A stretch of DNA of 64,000 nt from an uncultured Gemmatimonadales bacterium (GTDB lineage: Bacteria; Gemmatimonadota; Gemmatimonadetes; Gemmatimonadales; GWC2-71-9): the NCBI GenBank assembly GCA_963730185.1, contig CAVSQW010000008.1, positions 448,001 through 512,000 of the forward strand. Direction: 5' to 3'. The notes beneath the pieces were generated by a model. The model saw nothing but the letters and a program-made list of their open reading frames with translations, was not told the DNA's origin and made no database searches. Below, in pieces: positions 9,727 through 19,029 of this stretch. The number at the start of each line of letters is the position of its first letter. Position 1 is the first letter of the stretch. Position numbers and translations under genes: made by a program.

Positions 9727-10494
9727 TCACTTGTGTTTCTTACGCTTACGCTGAGGGGCAAAGACACAGCCGGGGTGAAGCGTCCCGTCGCCGTCCGGCC
9801 AGTCGAAACAGAGCCCCGGCTTGGCCGACCGGCCGTCGGCCCGGACCCGGTTGTGAAGGACACACGAGATGCCGTCTCCGCCGAGATAGCTGCATGCGGA
9901 GATCATCTCCACGCCGATCGAGTCCTCCTCCTCGCGCTCGACCTTGCAGAGGTAGGGTGACTGGCGCGACCGGAGCAGTGCCTCCAGCCGATGGTGGGTC
10001 GGCCCGCACATGATCTCCAGCTGGAGGTCGCGGCAGCAGGCGGCCCCACGGCGATGGTTGGCCGTGGTGCAGGGGGCGTCGGCGCACGGGTTTGCCCCGT
10101 CGAACACCGGGAGGCCCCGCTTGGGGGGCGGCTTCGGGGCCAGCGCCCGCTCGACCTCACGGCCGCGCTCGACCACCACGAACGTGCCGGCCTCGTAGCG
10201 GGCGGCGGGCCGGTGCCTTGGCGGGGGCAGGCGGGCCTCGAATCCATGGGCCCGGCAGCGGGACCGGCCGTCGGGCCCGCCCTCGAGGTGCTTGCAGCGA
10301 ACCTGGAGCCGCGCCGTGGTGTAGAGGTGGTCTCCCTCGCGCCACAGCTTCCCGAACGCGATGTGCTCGGTATGCCCGCGGAGCCAGGTGGCTTCGTCGT
10401 CGGCGGAAGCCGGGCCATCGTCGAGCTCGGCCACCCGGAGGGTGACCGCGAGCCGGTGGCACTGGGCCCCCATCCGGGTACAGGGCGGAATCAT
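9727..10494 (-). CDS. Cys-rich hypothetical protein with YkgJ-like (Zn/Fe-chelating) motifs
   Basis: C-terminal half contains GAACCRD...ACSYL...SCVLH...KPGLCFDWP. The N-terminal half has a degenerate copy (RCKHL...RCRAH). Confidence 0.6.
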   Translation of the reverse strand: MIPPCTRMGAQCHRLAVTLRVAELDDGPASADDEATWLRGHTEHIAFGKLWREGDHLYTTARLQVRCKHLEGGPDGRSRCRAHGFEARLPPPRHRPAARYEAGTFVVVERGREVERALAPKPPPKRGLPVFDGANPCADAPCTTANHRRGAACCRDLQLEIMCGPTHHRLEALLRSRQSPYLCKVEREEEDSIGVEMISACSYLGGDGISCVLHNRVRADGRSAKPGLCFDWPDGDGTLHPGCVFAPQRKRKKHK

Positions 10495-10539
10495 GGCGGA
10501 AAGCTAGGCACTAGAGGATTGGATGGGAGGGTCCTATAT

Positions 10540-10557
10540 TTGTGAACCTTTTCACAA
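10540..10557. promoter_or_regulatory. Perfect Rex-type operator (contains a CRP-like TGTGA-N6-TCACA core)
   Basis: TTGTGAA-CCTT-TTCACAA in the divergent region, about 95 bp upstream of the cupredoxin ATG. Confidence 0.75.
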
Positions 10558-10651
10558 GAGCTTGCGCGCCCCGGGACCCTGGCGCGCTACGATGGACATA
10601 CCGGGTTCGACTCGATCGATTGGAACCACCTTCTGGGAGGCTGAGGTAGCG

Positions 10652-11125
10652 ATGCGACAGATGCGATTGATGGCGGGGGCGGCGGCCCTGATGCTGGCCG
10701 CGTGCGGTGGTGGGGAGAAGGCTCAGCCGGCGGCCGAGCCGGCGGCCGCCGAGCCTGCGGCGGCGCCGGCGGCGGCTGCGGGTGCGGTTCACGACGTAAA
10801 CCTGGTGCTGGAGGGGACCACCTACAAGTTCGTCCCCAACGATTTCACCATCAAGCCGGGCGACAAGGTGGTCTTCCACAACGTGAGCGGCGGCCCGCAC
10901 AACGTGCAGTTCTGGGCCGACAGCATTCCGGCCGGTTCCGCCGAGGCCCTCGACGCGGCGATGCCGGGCGACAAGCTCGGTCCGCTCAATGGGCCGCTCC
11001 TCACCGAGCCGAACGAGACCTACGCGGTCACCTTCCCGGCCACCCTGCCGAACGGGGAGTACCATTTCACGTGCACGCCCCACATGGCGATGGGGATGCA
11101 CGGGAAGCTGACGATCGCTCCGTGA
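10652..11125 (+). CDS. Plastocyanin/azurin-family type-1 blue copper lipoprotein
   Basis: Lipobox LAAC; Ala/Pro-rich tether; copper ligands in PHNV and CTPHMAMGM. Confidence 0.92.
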   Translation: MRQMRLMAGAAALMLAACGGGEKAQPAAEPAAAEPAAAPAAAAGAVHDVNLVLEGTTYKFVPNDFTIKPGDKVVFHNVSGGPHNVQFWADSIPAGSAEALDAAMPGDKLGPLNGPLLTEPNETYAVTFPATLPNGEYHFTCTPHMAMGMHGKLTIAP

Positions 11126-11141
11126 CCTCGGGAGCGTAAGG

Positions 11142-11185
11142 CGAAAGCTCGGGGGCCCCGCTTCGGCGGGGCCCTCGCGCTTTCG
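11142..11185 (+). terminator. Intrinsic terminator-like hairpin after the cupredoxin gene
   Basis: GGGCCCCGC-TTCG-GCGGGGCCC stem-loop, flanked by CGAAAGC/GCTTTCG. Confidence 0.75.
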
Positions 11186-11249
11186 GAGGGTCGCGACGGC
11201 CCGGGCCAGCCGGGCATCCTCTCGGTACCCATACCTCACGGGAGCCTTG

Positions 11250-12400
11250 ATGCGCCTCGTCCTGATCGGCCTGATGGCCGCGGCCGCGTTGCCTGGACCG
11301 CTCTGGTCCCAGACCCCGGTCCCCCTCAAACCATCCGCAAAGCTCACCCATGAATTCAGCTCCATCACCGGCCTGCGGGAGCTCGCCGACGGGCGGGTCG
11401 AGGTTTCGGACGGGATCGACGGCGTTCTGATCCGGGCCGACTTCGCGACCCAGACGCTGGATACGATTGGGCGGAGTGGCGAGGGGCCCGGGGAGTACCG
11501 GAGCCCGGACGCGCTGTTCGCCCTTCCCAATGGTGCCACCTTGCTGGTCGACCTGGGGAACGCGCGGCTGTCGATCTTCGATGCCGCCGGGAAGTACCGA
11601 GAGTCGACCCCGATCATGGAGGGCCGTCCCGGTGGACCGGGTGGCCTCACCCTGATCATCCCGTCCGCCACCGATCGGATGGGGCGGATCTACTTCCAGC
11701 CCGGGGTCAGCCGGGCGCCGACTCGGGCGCGGTGCTTCGCTGGAACCGCTCCACCGGGAAAAAGGACACCGTGGCCACGATCCGACTGCCGACGGTGATC
11801 ACCTCGAGCTCCGGCGGGCCCAATGCCCGCTCCGTGAATCAGCGTCCGCCGCCCTATCCGTTGCAGGATGGATGGGCGGTGGCGCCCGACGGGCGGGTGG
11901 CCCTCGTCCGGGCGCCCGCGTACCGGGTTGATTGGGTGGATCCGGCTGGCCGACTGCACCGTGGGCCGCCGCTCACGGCCGAGCCGGTCCGGATCGGGAA
12001 GGCGGAGAAGAAGGAGTACCTCGAGGATCTGGCGGCCAGCGGTGTTCGGGTTCAGGCCGAGGATCGGAATGGCCGGATGTCGATCAGCATGTCGCGGGGT
12101 GGAGGGAATCCTGACGAGGATCCGTTCAGCGCGGACGAGTGGCCCGATAGCAAGCCGCCCTTCGTGTCGGGAGGCATCCGGGTCGGGCCCGACGGCTTGG
12201 TGTGGGTCGAGCGGTCGGTGGCCGCCGGTGCCCCCGACCTCTACGACGTGATCGGCGCGGACGGCGGACTGGTCCGCCGGGTCACGCTGCCGGCCGGCTA
12301 CCGGATCGTGGCCGTCGGCGCCCGAGGAGTGTACGCCCGCCGGATGGACGACAACGGGATCAGCTGGCTGGAGCGGTTCGATCGACCCGGGTCGAAATGA
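11250..12400 (+). CDS. Secreted beta-propeller-like protein (frameshift near 11700)
   Basis: Signal peptide; IGRSGEGPGEYRSP motif of 6-bladed/NHL-like propellers. ORFs 11247-11798 and 11732-12400 join if one C is added at CAGCCCGGGG (YFQPRGQPGADSGAVLRWNR). Confidence 0.75.
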
Positions 12401-13208
12401 CCATCGCCACGGCCGCCACGCCGAGGCCGGCGATGGCGTCGACGCCGTAGTGCATCTGGCAATACACCACACCCACGGTCAGCAGCAGGGCGGGGAGCGC
12501 GAGCAGCGCTCCCCAGCCCGGCGCCTCTCGAGCCGTCGCCGCGACGGCGGCCCAGGTGCCAGCCACGTGTGACGACGGAAAGGCCGCGCCGAACGAGCTG
12601 CCCCCCGACAGCACTCCGTACACCAGCCGGGCTGGGAGATTGGCCGTGAACCAGGCCGCCGGCCGGGGGAACACGTAGTACGGCCCCGCGACCGGGAAGA
12701 AGATGAACCAGAGGTAGCAGATCACGAACGCGGTCATGATCGTGAACACGGACCGTCGGGCGGAAGCCTGGTCGTGCCGGAGGAGGAACAGCGCAATCGG
12801 GAAGGGGACGATCACGTAGTAGCCGAAGTAGGCCGCGTGGCCGATCGCCGAGGCCAGCCGGCTCGGGGCGAGCTGCCACCAGCGGTGGCTTACCTGCATC
12901 CCGAAGAGTGCCTGCTCGGCTCCCTGCATGATCGCGTCGTGGGTGGGACGGCTCCCGAATCCGTTGATCACGTCGAGCGCGCCATAGAGGGCCAACAGCA
13001 GCACGATCGGCGCGACGGTCCGGGCGGTCCGGCCGAAGCGGCCGAGGTCGGGCGCTTGGAACGAGAGCAAGAGCACCAGCAGGAGCAGGTGACCCAGCGC
13101 GACCCACCAGATCGCGGGATTCTCCCCGGCCCTGACGATCGACACCGCGATCACCACGCCGGCGTAGCCGGCCAGGAGCCATTCGGTGGGTCGGGGCTTC
13201 AGAGCCAG
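12360..13208 (-). CDS. PAP2-superfamily membrane protein resembling Aur1/inositol-phosphorylceramide synthases (PAP2_3 type)
   Basis: Multi-TM protein with FFPVAGPYY, AAFPSSHVA and YCQMHYGVD catalytic motifs. The start is uncertain (in-frame CTG at 13208 or 13202, overlapping the upstream stop). Confidence 0.8.
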   Translation of the reverse strand: MALKPRPTEWLLAGYAGVVIAVSIVRAGENPAIWWVALGHLLLLVLLLSFQAPDLGRFGRTARTVAPIVLLLALYGALDVINGFGSRPTHDAIMQGAEQALFGMQVSHRWWQLAPSRLASAIGHAAYFGYYVIVPFPIALFLLRHDQASARRSVFTIMTAFVICYLWFIFFPVAGPYYVFPRPAAWFTANLPARLVYGVLSGGSSFGAAFPSSHVAGTWAAVAATAREAPGWGALLALPALLLTVGVVYCQMHYGVDAIAGLGVAAVAMVISTRVDRTAPAS

Positions 13209-14164
13209 CCCCGGGCCCGATACCAGGCGAGCGTCTCCTCCGCGCCCCGCGCGAGGTCGTGGGTGGCGACCCAGCCGGTGGCCTCGGTGAGGGGGGCGGG
13301 GTCGCAGGTCCACGCCGGCTGGAAGAACTCGTTCGCCTTGTCGTAGTTGAGGACGGTAGCCCGCCCCAGGAGACGGGCGGTCGTGTCGGTCACCCGCAGG
13401 GCCGCCCGCCCGACGAGCTCGGGCAGGCCGACGACCCGCACCCGGCGGCCGGCCGCCCGACCGACGGTCTCCACCAACGAGCGGCTGGTGACGATCTCGG
13501 GGTGGGCGGGATAGTAGACCCGACCCCGGGTGGCGTCACTCTGGCCTGCGCTGACCAGGGCGGCGGCCAGGTCGGGTCCGTAGACGAGGCTCAGCCGCTG
13601 GGAGCCGTCGCCGAACACGGGGGCGAACCCGAAGGCCGCCGCTTTGAAGACCCGGAGCATCTCCTTGTCGCCCGGCCCGTAGACCACCGGCGGCCGGACG
13701 ATCGTCCAGGCCAGTCCGGACTCGCGCACCACGTCCTCGCCGGCCAGCTTGCTCCGGCCGTATCCGGTGACGGGGTTCGGGGGCTCCGGACCGCGGAGCG
13801 GCGTGTCGCTGGCGGGCCCGCCGGCCGCCAGTGAGGAGACGAACAGCAGCCTCGCGACACCGGCGGCCTCGGCGGCCTGAACCAGGCGCCGGGTGCCCTC
13901 GCGGTTCACTTCGAGGAGCTCGGCCTCGCTCCGCGCCGCGATGAGGCCGGCAACGTGGAAGACCAGGTCCTGCCGCGCGGCGGCCCGGTCGAGGGCCGGC
14001 AGATCGAGCAGATCGCCGACCACCAGCTCCACGCCACGCTCCGCCAGCGAACGGGCTTTCTCGGTGGACCGGACCAGGGCGGTGACGTGGAGGCCCCGGG
14101 CCAGCAGGACATCGATCAGGTGGCCACCGACGAACCCCGTCCCGCCGGTGACGAGCACCCTCAT
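13199..14164 (-). CDS. cerR: NAD-dependent epimerase/SDR, probable ceramide reductase
   Basis: MRVLVTGGTGFVG Rossmann motif; YGRSK catalytic motif; RPPVVYGPGD. The functional call rests on synteny with spt and the GNAT gene. Confidence 0.7.
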   Translation of the reverse strand: MRVLVTGGTGFVGGHLIDVLLARGLHVTALVRSTEKARSLAERGVELVVGDLLDLPALDRAAARQDLVFHVAGLIAARSEAELLEVNREGTRRLVQAAEAAGVARLLFVSSLAAGGPASDTPLRGPEPPNPVTGYGRSKLAGEDVVRESGLAWTIVRPPVVYGPGDKEMLRVFKAAAFGFAPVFGDGSQRLSLVYGPDLAAALVSAGQSDATRGRVYYPAHPEIVTSRSLVETVGRAAGRRVRVVGLPELVGRAALRVTDTTARLLGRATVLNYDKANEFFQPAWTCDPAPLTEATGWVATHDLARGAEETLAWYRARGWL

Positions 14165-15294
14165 GCGGAGCGCTCGTACATCCGGTAGGTCTTGTAGGGG
14201 TGGAAGCCCATCTTGATCAGGCCGGCGTTCATGGCGGAGTTGTCTTCCAGGATCCACCCGGCCTCGCCCCAGGTCATCCCGAGCTTCCCCGCCTTGGTCC
14301 AGATCCAGTGGTAGAGCATCGCGTCGATTCCCTTACCGCGGTGCTCGGGCAGCACGCCCAGCAAGAGGATCCGGGCGCGGGTCATCCGGCGGGTCTTGAG
14401 GGCCCAGAGCAGCTTCAGCGCGGACGGGAACATCCGGCCCTGGCGATTGGTCTTGAGGACCTCGTTGAAGTCGGGCAGGGTGAGCCCGAACCCGACCGGC
14501 TGGCCGTCGATCTCGGCGAAGGGCACCAGCTCGGGGACCACGACCGGGCGGAACTGCTGCGCGAGATGCTCGATCTCGTGATCGGTCATCGGGATCGCAC
14601 CCCAGTTGTTCTCCCAGCAACGGTTATAGAGATCCTTGACCCGCTCCACCTCGGCGGTGAAGTCCCGGAGCCGGATGGCACGGAGGGTCACCCGGTAGCG
14701 GCGCTGGCCGATCTCCACCGCCCGGCTGATGCGCTCGGGCGGGATCACGTAATGGTCGGGAGCACCCCCTTCGTAGGCGATCAGGTCCTTGACGCCCGTG
14801 AGCCCCGCCTGTTCCAGCAGGGGCGGGTAGTAGGCCGGGTTGTGGGGCATCATGATGGTGTTGGGGCGGTCGAAGCCCTGGACCAGGAGGCCGCACTCGT
14901 CGTTCACCGAGAAGGACGCCGGCCCCCGGATCGTGGTGAACCCCCGCTCGCGGCACCAGGCAGCGGCCGTATCGAGCAGGGCCTGGGGCACCTCGGGGTC
15001 GTCGATCGACTCGAGGAAGCCGAAGAACCCGACCCGATCGTCGTGGGTCTCGTTGTGGAGGCGATTGGCGATGGCCGCGATTCGCCCCACCACCCGGCCA
15101 TCCCGCCAGGCGAGGAAGTAGTCTGCTTCGGCGTGCTCGAAGAAGGGGTTCTTGGCTCGGTTCAGGAGGAGCTTCACGTCTCGACGCAACGGCGGGACCC
15201 AATTCGGGTCCCGCGCGTGCAATCGGAACGGCAGATCGATGAAGCGGCCGAGGTCGCCCGAGGTCGGACCGGGCGGAACGGAAACCGAGGTCAG
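14161..15294 (-). CDS. bcerS: GNAT-fold protein, probable bacterial ceramide synthase
   Basis: FIDLPFRLHARDPNWVPPL, NPFFEHA, VGRIAAI, GFFGFLESIDD, MMPHNPAYY, LLGVLPEHRGKGID and WILEDN motifs typical of the roughly 370-aa family that includes bCerS; directly downstream of spt. The start is uncertain (CTG overlapping the spt stop). Confidence 0.75.
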   Translation of the reverse strand: MTSVSVPPGPTSGDLGRFIDLPFRLHARDPNWVPPLRRDVKLLLNRAKNPFFEHAEADYFLAWRDGRVVGRIAAIANRLHNETHDDRVGFFGFLESIDDPEVPQALLDTAAAWCRERGFTTIRGPASFSVNDECGLLVQGFDRPNTIMMPHNPAYYPPLLEQAGLTGVKDLIAYEGGAPDHYVIPPERISRAVEIGQRRYRVTLRAIRLRDFTAEVERVKDLYNRCWENNWGAIPMTDHEIEHLAQQFRPVVVPELVPFAEIDGQPVGFGLTLPDFNEVLKTNRQGRMFPSALKLLWALKTRRMTRARILLLGVLPEHRGKGIDAMLYHWIWTKAGKLGMTWGEAGWILEDNSAMNAGLIKMGFHPYKTYRMYERSA

Positions 15295-16502
15295 ATGACG
15301 CCCAGCTCGCGGCCGATCCGCCCCACCGTCTCGAGGCAATAGTCGATCTGGTCCGCCGTGTGGGTGGCCATGACGCTGGTTCGAAGCCGGCACTGGGAGG
15401 GCGCCACCGCCGGCGGGACCACCGGGTTGGTGAACACCCCGGCGTCGAAGACCTTCCGCCACATGACCAGCGTCTTGTCGAGCGGACCGATCAGGATCGG
15501 AACGATCGGCGTCTCGGACGGTCCGGTCTCGAAGCCCAGGTTCCGGAATCCTTCGGCCAGCCGGCGGGTATTGACCCAGAGCTGCTTCGCGCCGCTCGGG
15601 CTCGGTCTGGATCACTTCGACCGCCGCGAGCACCCCGGCCGTGTTGGCCGGGTGGCAGGGCGGCGGTAAAGATCAGGGGACGACTGTGGTGGCGGAGGTA
15701 GTTGATCACCTGGCGCGACGCCGCGACGAAGCCGCCGATCGAGGCCAGCGACTTGGAGAACGTGCCGGCGACGATGTCGACCTCGTCGGTCAGTCCGAAG
15801 TGAGCGGCGGTGCCGTCGCCGTTCGGACCGAGGACGCCGATCGAGTGCGCGTCGTCGACCGCGAGGGCGGCGCCGTAGCGGCGGCAGACCTTGAGCAGGC
15901 CGGGCAGGTCGGCGATGTCGCCTTCCATGGAATACACGCCGTCGACGATGACCATCCGGCCGCCCGGCTCGGCGCACTGGGCGAGCTTCCGCTCCAGCCC
16001 GGCGAGGTCACCGTGATTGAACCGGACGGTGTTCCCATAGCTCATCTTGGCGCCGTCGACGATCGAGGCGTGGTCGAGCTTGTCGAGGAACACGACATCG
16101 CCCTTGGACACCAGGCCGGAGATCAGACCCAGATTGGCGTTGTAGCCGGTCGAGAAGACGATGCAGTCCTCCTTGCCGAGGAACGCGGGCGAGCGCCTCT
16201 TCGAGCTGGAGGTGCAGGTCGAGGGTGCCGTTCAGGAACCGGCTCCCAGTGCAGCCCGAGCCGTAGATGTGCAGGGCCCGGGTCGCGGCCTCGAGGACCT
16301 TGGGGTGGTGGGTCAGGCCGAGGTAGTTGTTCGACCCCAGCATGATCCGCTTCTGTCCTTCGATCACCACCACCGTATCTTCGGACTCGGAGATCGGCTT
16401 GAAATAGGGGTAGAGCCCCTGCGCCTTGACCTCGTCGGCCCGGGTGTACCTGCGGCACTTCTCGAACAACGAGATGTCGGTATTGATCGTCGGCGTCGAC
16501 AC
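15291..16502 (-). CDS. spt: Serine palmitoyltransferase (alpha-oxoamine synthase family), interrupted by three +1 indels
   Basis: [39 protein letters not shown] and PLP-lysine GTFSKSL. Removing one base each at about 16188, 15651 and 15586 restores a roughly 400-aa protein ending GRELGVI*. Confidence 0.8.
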
Positions 16503-16727
16503 GGAGCCCCAAAGGTGGAAGGGTAGCCAAAATGCTACTCGATCCCATTGCGGAATAACAGGTTAAGCTAACGGCCCCTAGCTCGTGACACAAGTATGTG
16601 ACGTTCCAGAGTGCGGCGCCTTGCACTCCCTCCGGCCGGGCCGCCGGGGTCAGGGGGCGGTCCCGATATTATTGTTATTCCGTCGGATAACGCGCCGGCT
16701 CGAGGCCGGCCCTTACGGTGTGGAGCG

Positions 16728-19028
16728 ATGCAGCGACAGCTTCTGATCCTGGGGTTGACCATCCTGGCTGGCCTTGCAGGGCCCTTGGTCCCGGCGGCGC
16801 GGGCCCAGACGGTCCAGCCAGGGCGGTTCGAGGTCCCGGGGCTCGACTGGGGGCCGAACGCGGCTTGGCGCCGGCAGGCACGGCAGGTCAGGGCCACCCG
16901 ACAGGCCATGCTCAAGGCCGGACGATTCGGTCTGCTCAACGCCCCGCCCCTGTTCGCCCTCGCGGCACCCGGGGGGGCGAACGGCACCGCGGTGACGGGG
17001 GTCTTCAACGTCCCGGTCATTCCTTTCGCGTACTCCGACGTCCCCGCGCCCTATAGCAAGCAGGAGTTCCAGGACGTCCTCTTCCAGACAGCACCGCCGT
17101 ATGGTCGCCCCTACACGCTCAAGACGTACTACGAGGAGCTGTCGCACGGACTGATCCAGATGTTCGGCACGGTGTTCGATCCGGTGCGGACCGACAGCAC
17201 GGCCGAGTATTACCAGCAGAACTGCAACGGGCTCAACCTGCCGGGTCGGACGGCCTGTCCCGACAACGGCAAGCGCTTCGGCAACATGCTGATCGCCGCC
17301 CTGGATTCGATCACCAATCGGCCCGGCGGCGACACGGTCTGGGCTGAGTTCGACAACGACGGCCCCGACCACCAACCGAACTCGGGTGACGACGACGGGG
17401 TCGTCGACTTCGTGACTTTTCTGCAGCCGACGGTCGACGGCGCTTGTGGCACCCCAGGCATTTGGGCCCATCGGTGGGTGATCTCGGTCTGGAACGGCGG
17501 GTCGCCGTACGTGACCAAGACTCCTTGGGCGGGGCACCCGGGACAGTTCATCAAGGTGGAGAACTACACCATCCAGAGCGAGGTCGGTGGAGCGAGCGGC
17601 TGCGACCACCCTCAGGGAATGACGGCTCCGATCATGCCGATCGGCACCATCGCTCACGAGACCGGCCACGCCTTCGGCCTCCCCGACCTCTACGACACCC
17701 AGACCGGCACCGAGGGGATCGGAGAGTGGGGAATCATGGGAAGCGGCAACTACGCCAAGGCATTCAGCCCAGCCCAGTACGATCCCTGGTCGATGAGCCA
17801 GCTGGGATGGATCACCGTGGCGCCGCTGACCCAGACCTCGGTGATCACCACCGGGCCGCGCCAGCTGACCGACACGGTGTTCATGGCGCAGAGCCCCAGC
17901 CCTGACGAGTACGTCCTGATCGAGAACCGGCAGGCAGTCCACTCCGACTCGGCGATGTTCGATCCCAACAACACGGCGTCGCCGACCGGGACGCCCCCCT
18001 GCAAGTCCAAGTGCCGGAAGGTGCCGGGACTCCTGATCTGGCACATCGACGACGGCCGGATCCTCCAGGGGCAGGGGTCCAACACCATCAACACCGGTCC
18101 GATCCAAGGGGTCGAGGTGGAACAGGCCGACGGCCTCAACAATCTGCGGAGCACGAGCTCCACGACCCGGAACCGGGGCGATGCCGGGGATACGTGGCCC
18201 GGCGACTCGAGCCGGGTGGTGTACGGGTTCCGCACCAACCCCGCCGCCAAGACCCACTACAGTGAGTACGACGGCTTCGTGATCGATCAGATCGCGGACC
18301 TGGGCGGCGGGGTGATGCGGTTCCGTTACCTCCAGCGGGGCCTGACCGTGGTGCGATCGAACACGCTGGGCGCCCTGATTCGCTTCGACGGGGCGCCCTG
18401 GGCCACGTACTCGGACGCCCTGCCGGAGGGAACGGCGTTTACGGTCGGGGTCGACAGCGTTCAGGAGACGGTGCCGGGTGTGAGCCGAGCCGCGTTCCTG
18501 AACTGGAGCAACGGCGGGCCGCGGGAGCAGGCGCTCACCAGCGGGCCGGTCCCCGACACCCTGGTGGCGAGCTTCGCGGTCGAGCATCGCCTCAAGGTGA
18601 CGGAAACGGGTGGCGGGCTCGGGACGGTGACGGCCAGCGTCAACGGCGACTTCGGGGCCGGGGTGTTCCTCCCGGCGGGGACGCCGGTTACCCTCACGGC
18701 CGCGCCGAGCGGGAGCGACGTCTTCGCGGGCTGGCGGGGCGACACGACGTCGATCGCGACCGAGATCACCTTGCCCATGAACCGGGCCTACACGCTCGAG
18801 GCGTCGTTCGTCGCCTTCGTGGACGTCACCTTGTCCGACGCCACCGACGACATCCTCGGCACCCCCAAGCTCTCGGCGGCGCAGAAGACCTTCCTCGACG
18901 GGCTGGGGAATCGGAACGGATCGTACGACGTCGGCGACTATCTGGCCCTCCTCAAGCGGAACGGGCAGGCGGTCCCGGAGGCCGTGGTGCGGGCACTGAA
19001 GGCGGCCCCGGCCGGAAAGGGCCAGTGA
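16728..19028 (+). CDS. Secreted M6-family (immune inhibitor A-like) metalloprotease with C-terminal beta-sandwich repeats and a dockerin-like tail
   Basis: Signal peptide; HETGHAFGLPDLYD zinc motif; WGIMGSG Met-turn; EYVLIENRQ; GLLIWHID. Confidence 0.88.
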   Translation: MQRQLLILGLTILAGLAGPLVPAARAQTVQPGRFEVPGLDWGPNAAWRRQARQVRATRQAMLKAGRFGLLNAPPLFALAAPGGANGTAVTGVFNVPVIPFAYSDVPAPYSKQEFQDVLFQTAPPYGRPYTLKTYYEELSHGLIQMFGTVFDPVRTDSTAEYYQQNCNGLNLPGRTACPDNGKRFGNMLIAALDSITNRPGGDTVWAEFDNDGPDHQPNSGDDDGVVDFVTFLQPTVDGACGTPGIWAHRWVISVWNGGSPYVTKTPWAGHPGQFIKVENYTIQSEVGGASGCDHPQGMTAPIMPIGTIAHETGHAFGLPDLYDTQTGTEGIGEWGIMGSGNYAKAFSPAQYDPWSMSQLGWITVAPLTQTSVITTGPRQLTDTVFMAQSPSPDEYVLIENRQAVHSDSAMFDPNNTASPTGTPPCKSKCRKVPGLLIWHIDDGRILQGQGSNTINTGPIQGVEVEQADGLNNLRSTSSTTRNRGDAGDTWPGDSSRVVYGFRTNPAAKTHYSEYDGFVIDQIADLGGGVMRFRYLQRGLTVVRSNTLGALIRFDGAPWATYSDALPEGTAFTVGVDSVQETVPGVSRAAFLNWSNGGPREQALTSGPVPDTLVASFAVEHRLKVTETGGGLGTVTASVNGDFGAGVFLPAGTPVTLTAAPSGSDVFAGWRGDTTSIATEITLPMNRAYTLEASFVAFVDVTLSDATDDILGTPKLSAAQKTFLDGLGNRNGSYDVGDYLALLKRNGQAVPEAVVRALKAAPAGKGQ

Positions 19029-19029
19029 G

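Noticed and set aside
15291..16502. Calling the PLP enzyme BioF or Kbl
   Set aside because: No biotin or threonine-dehydrogenase genes are adjacent, and the GNAT plus SDR context favours Spt. This is not formally excluded without a phylogeny.
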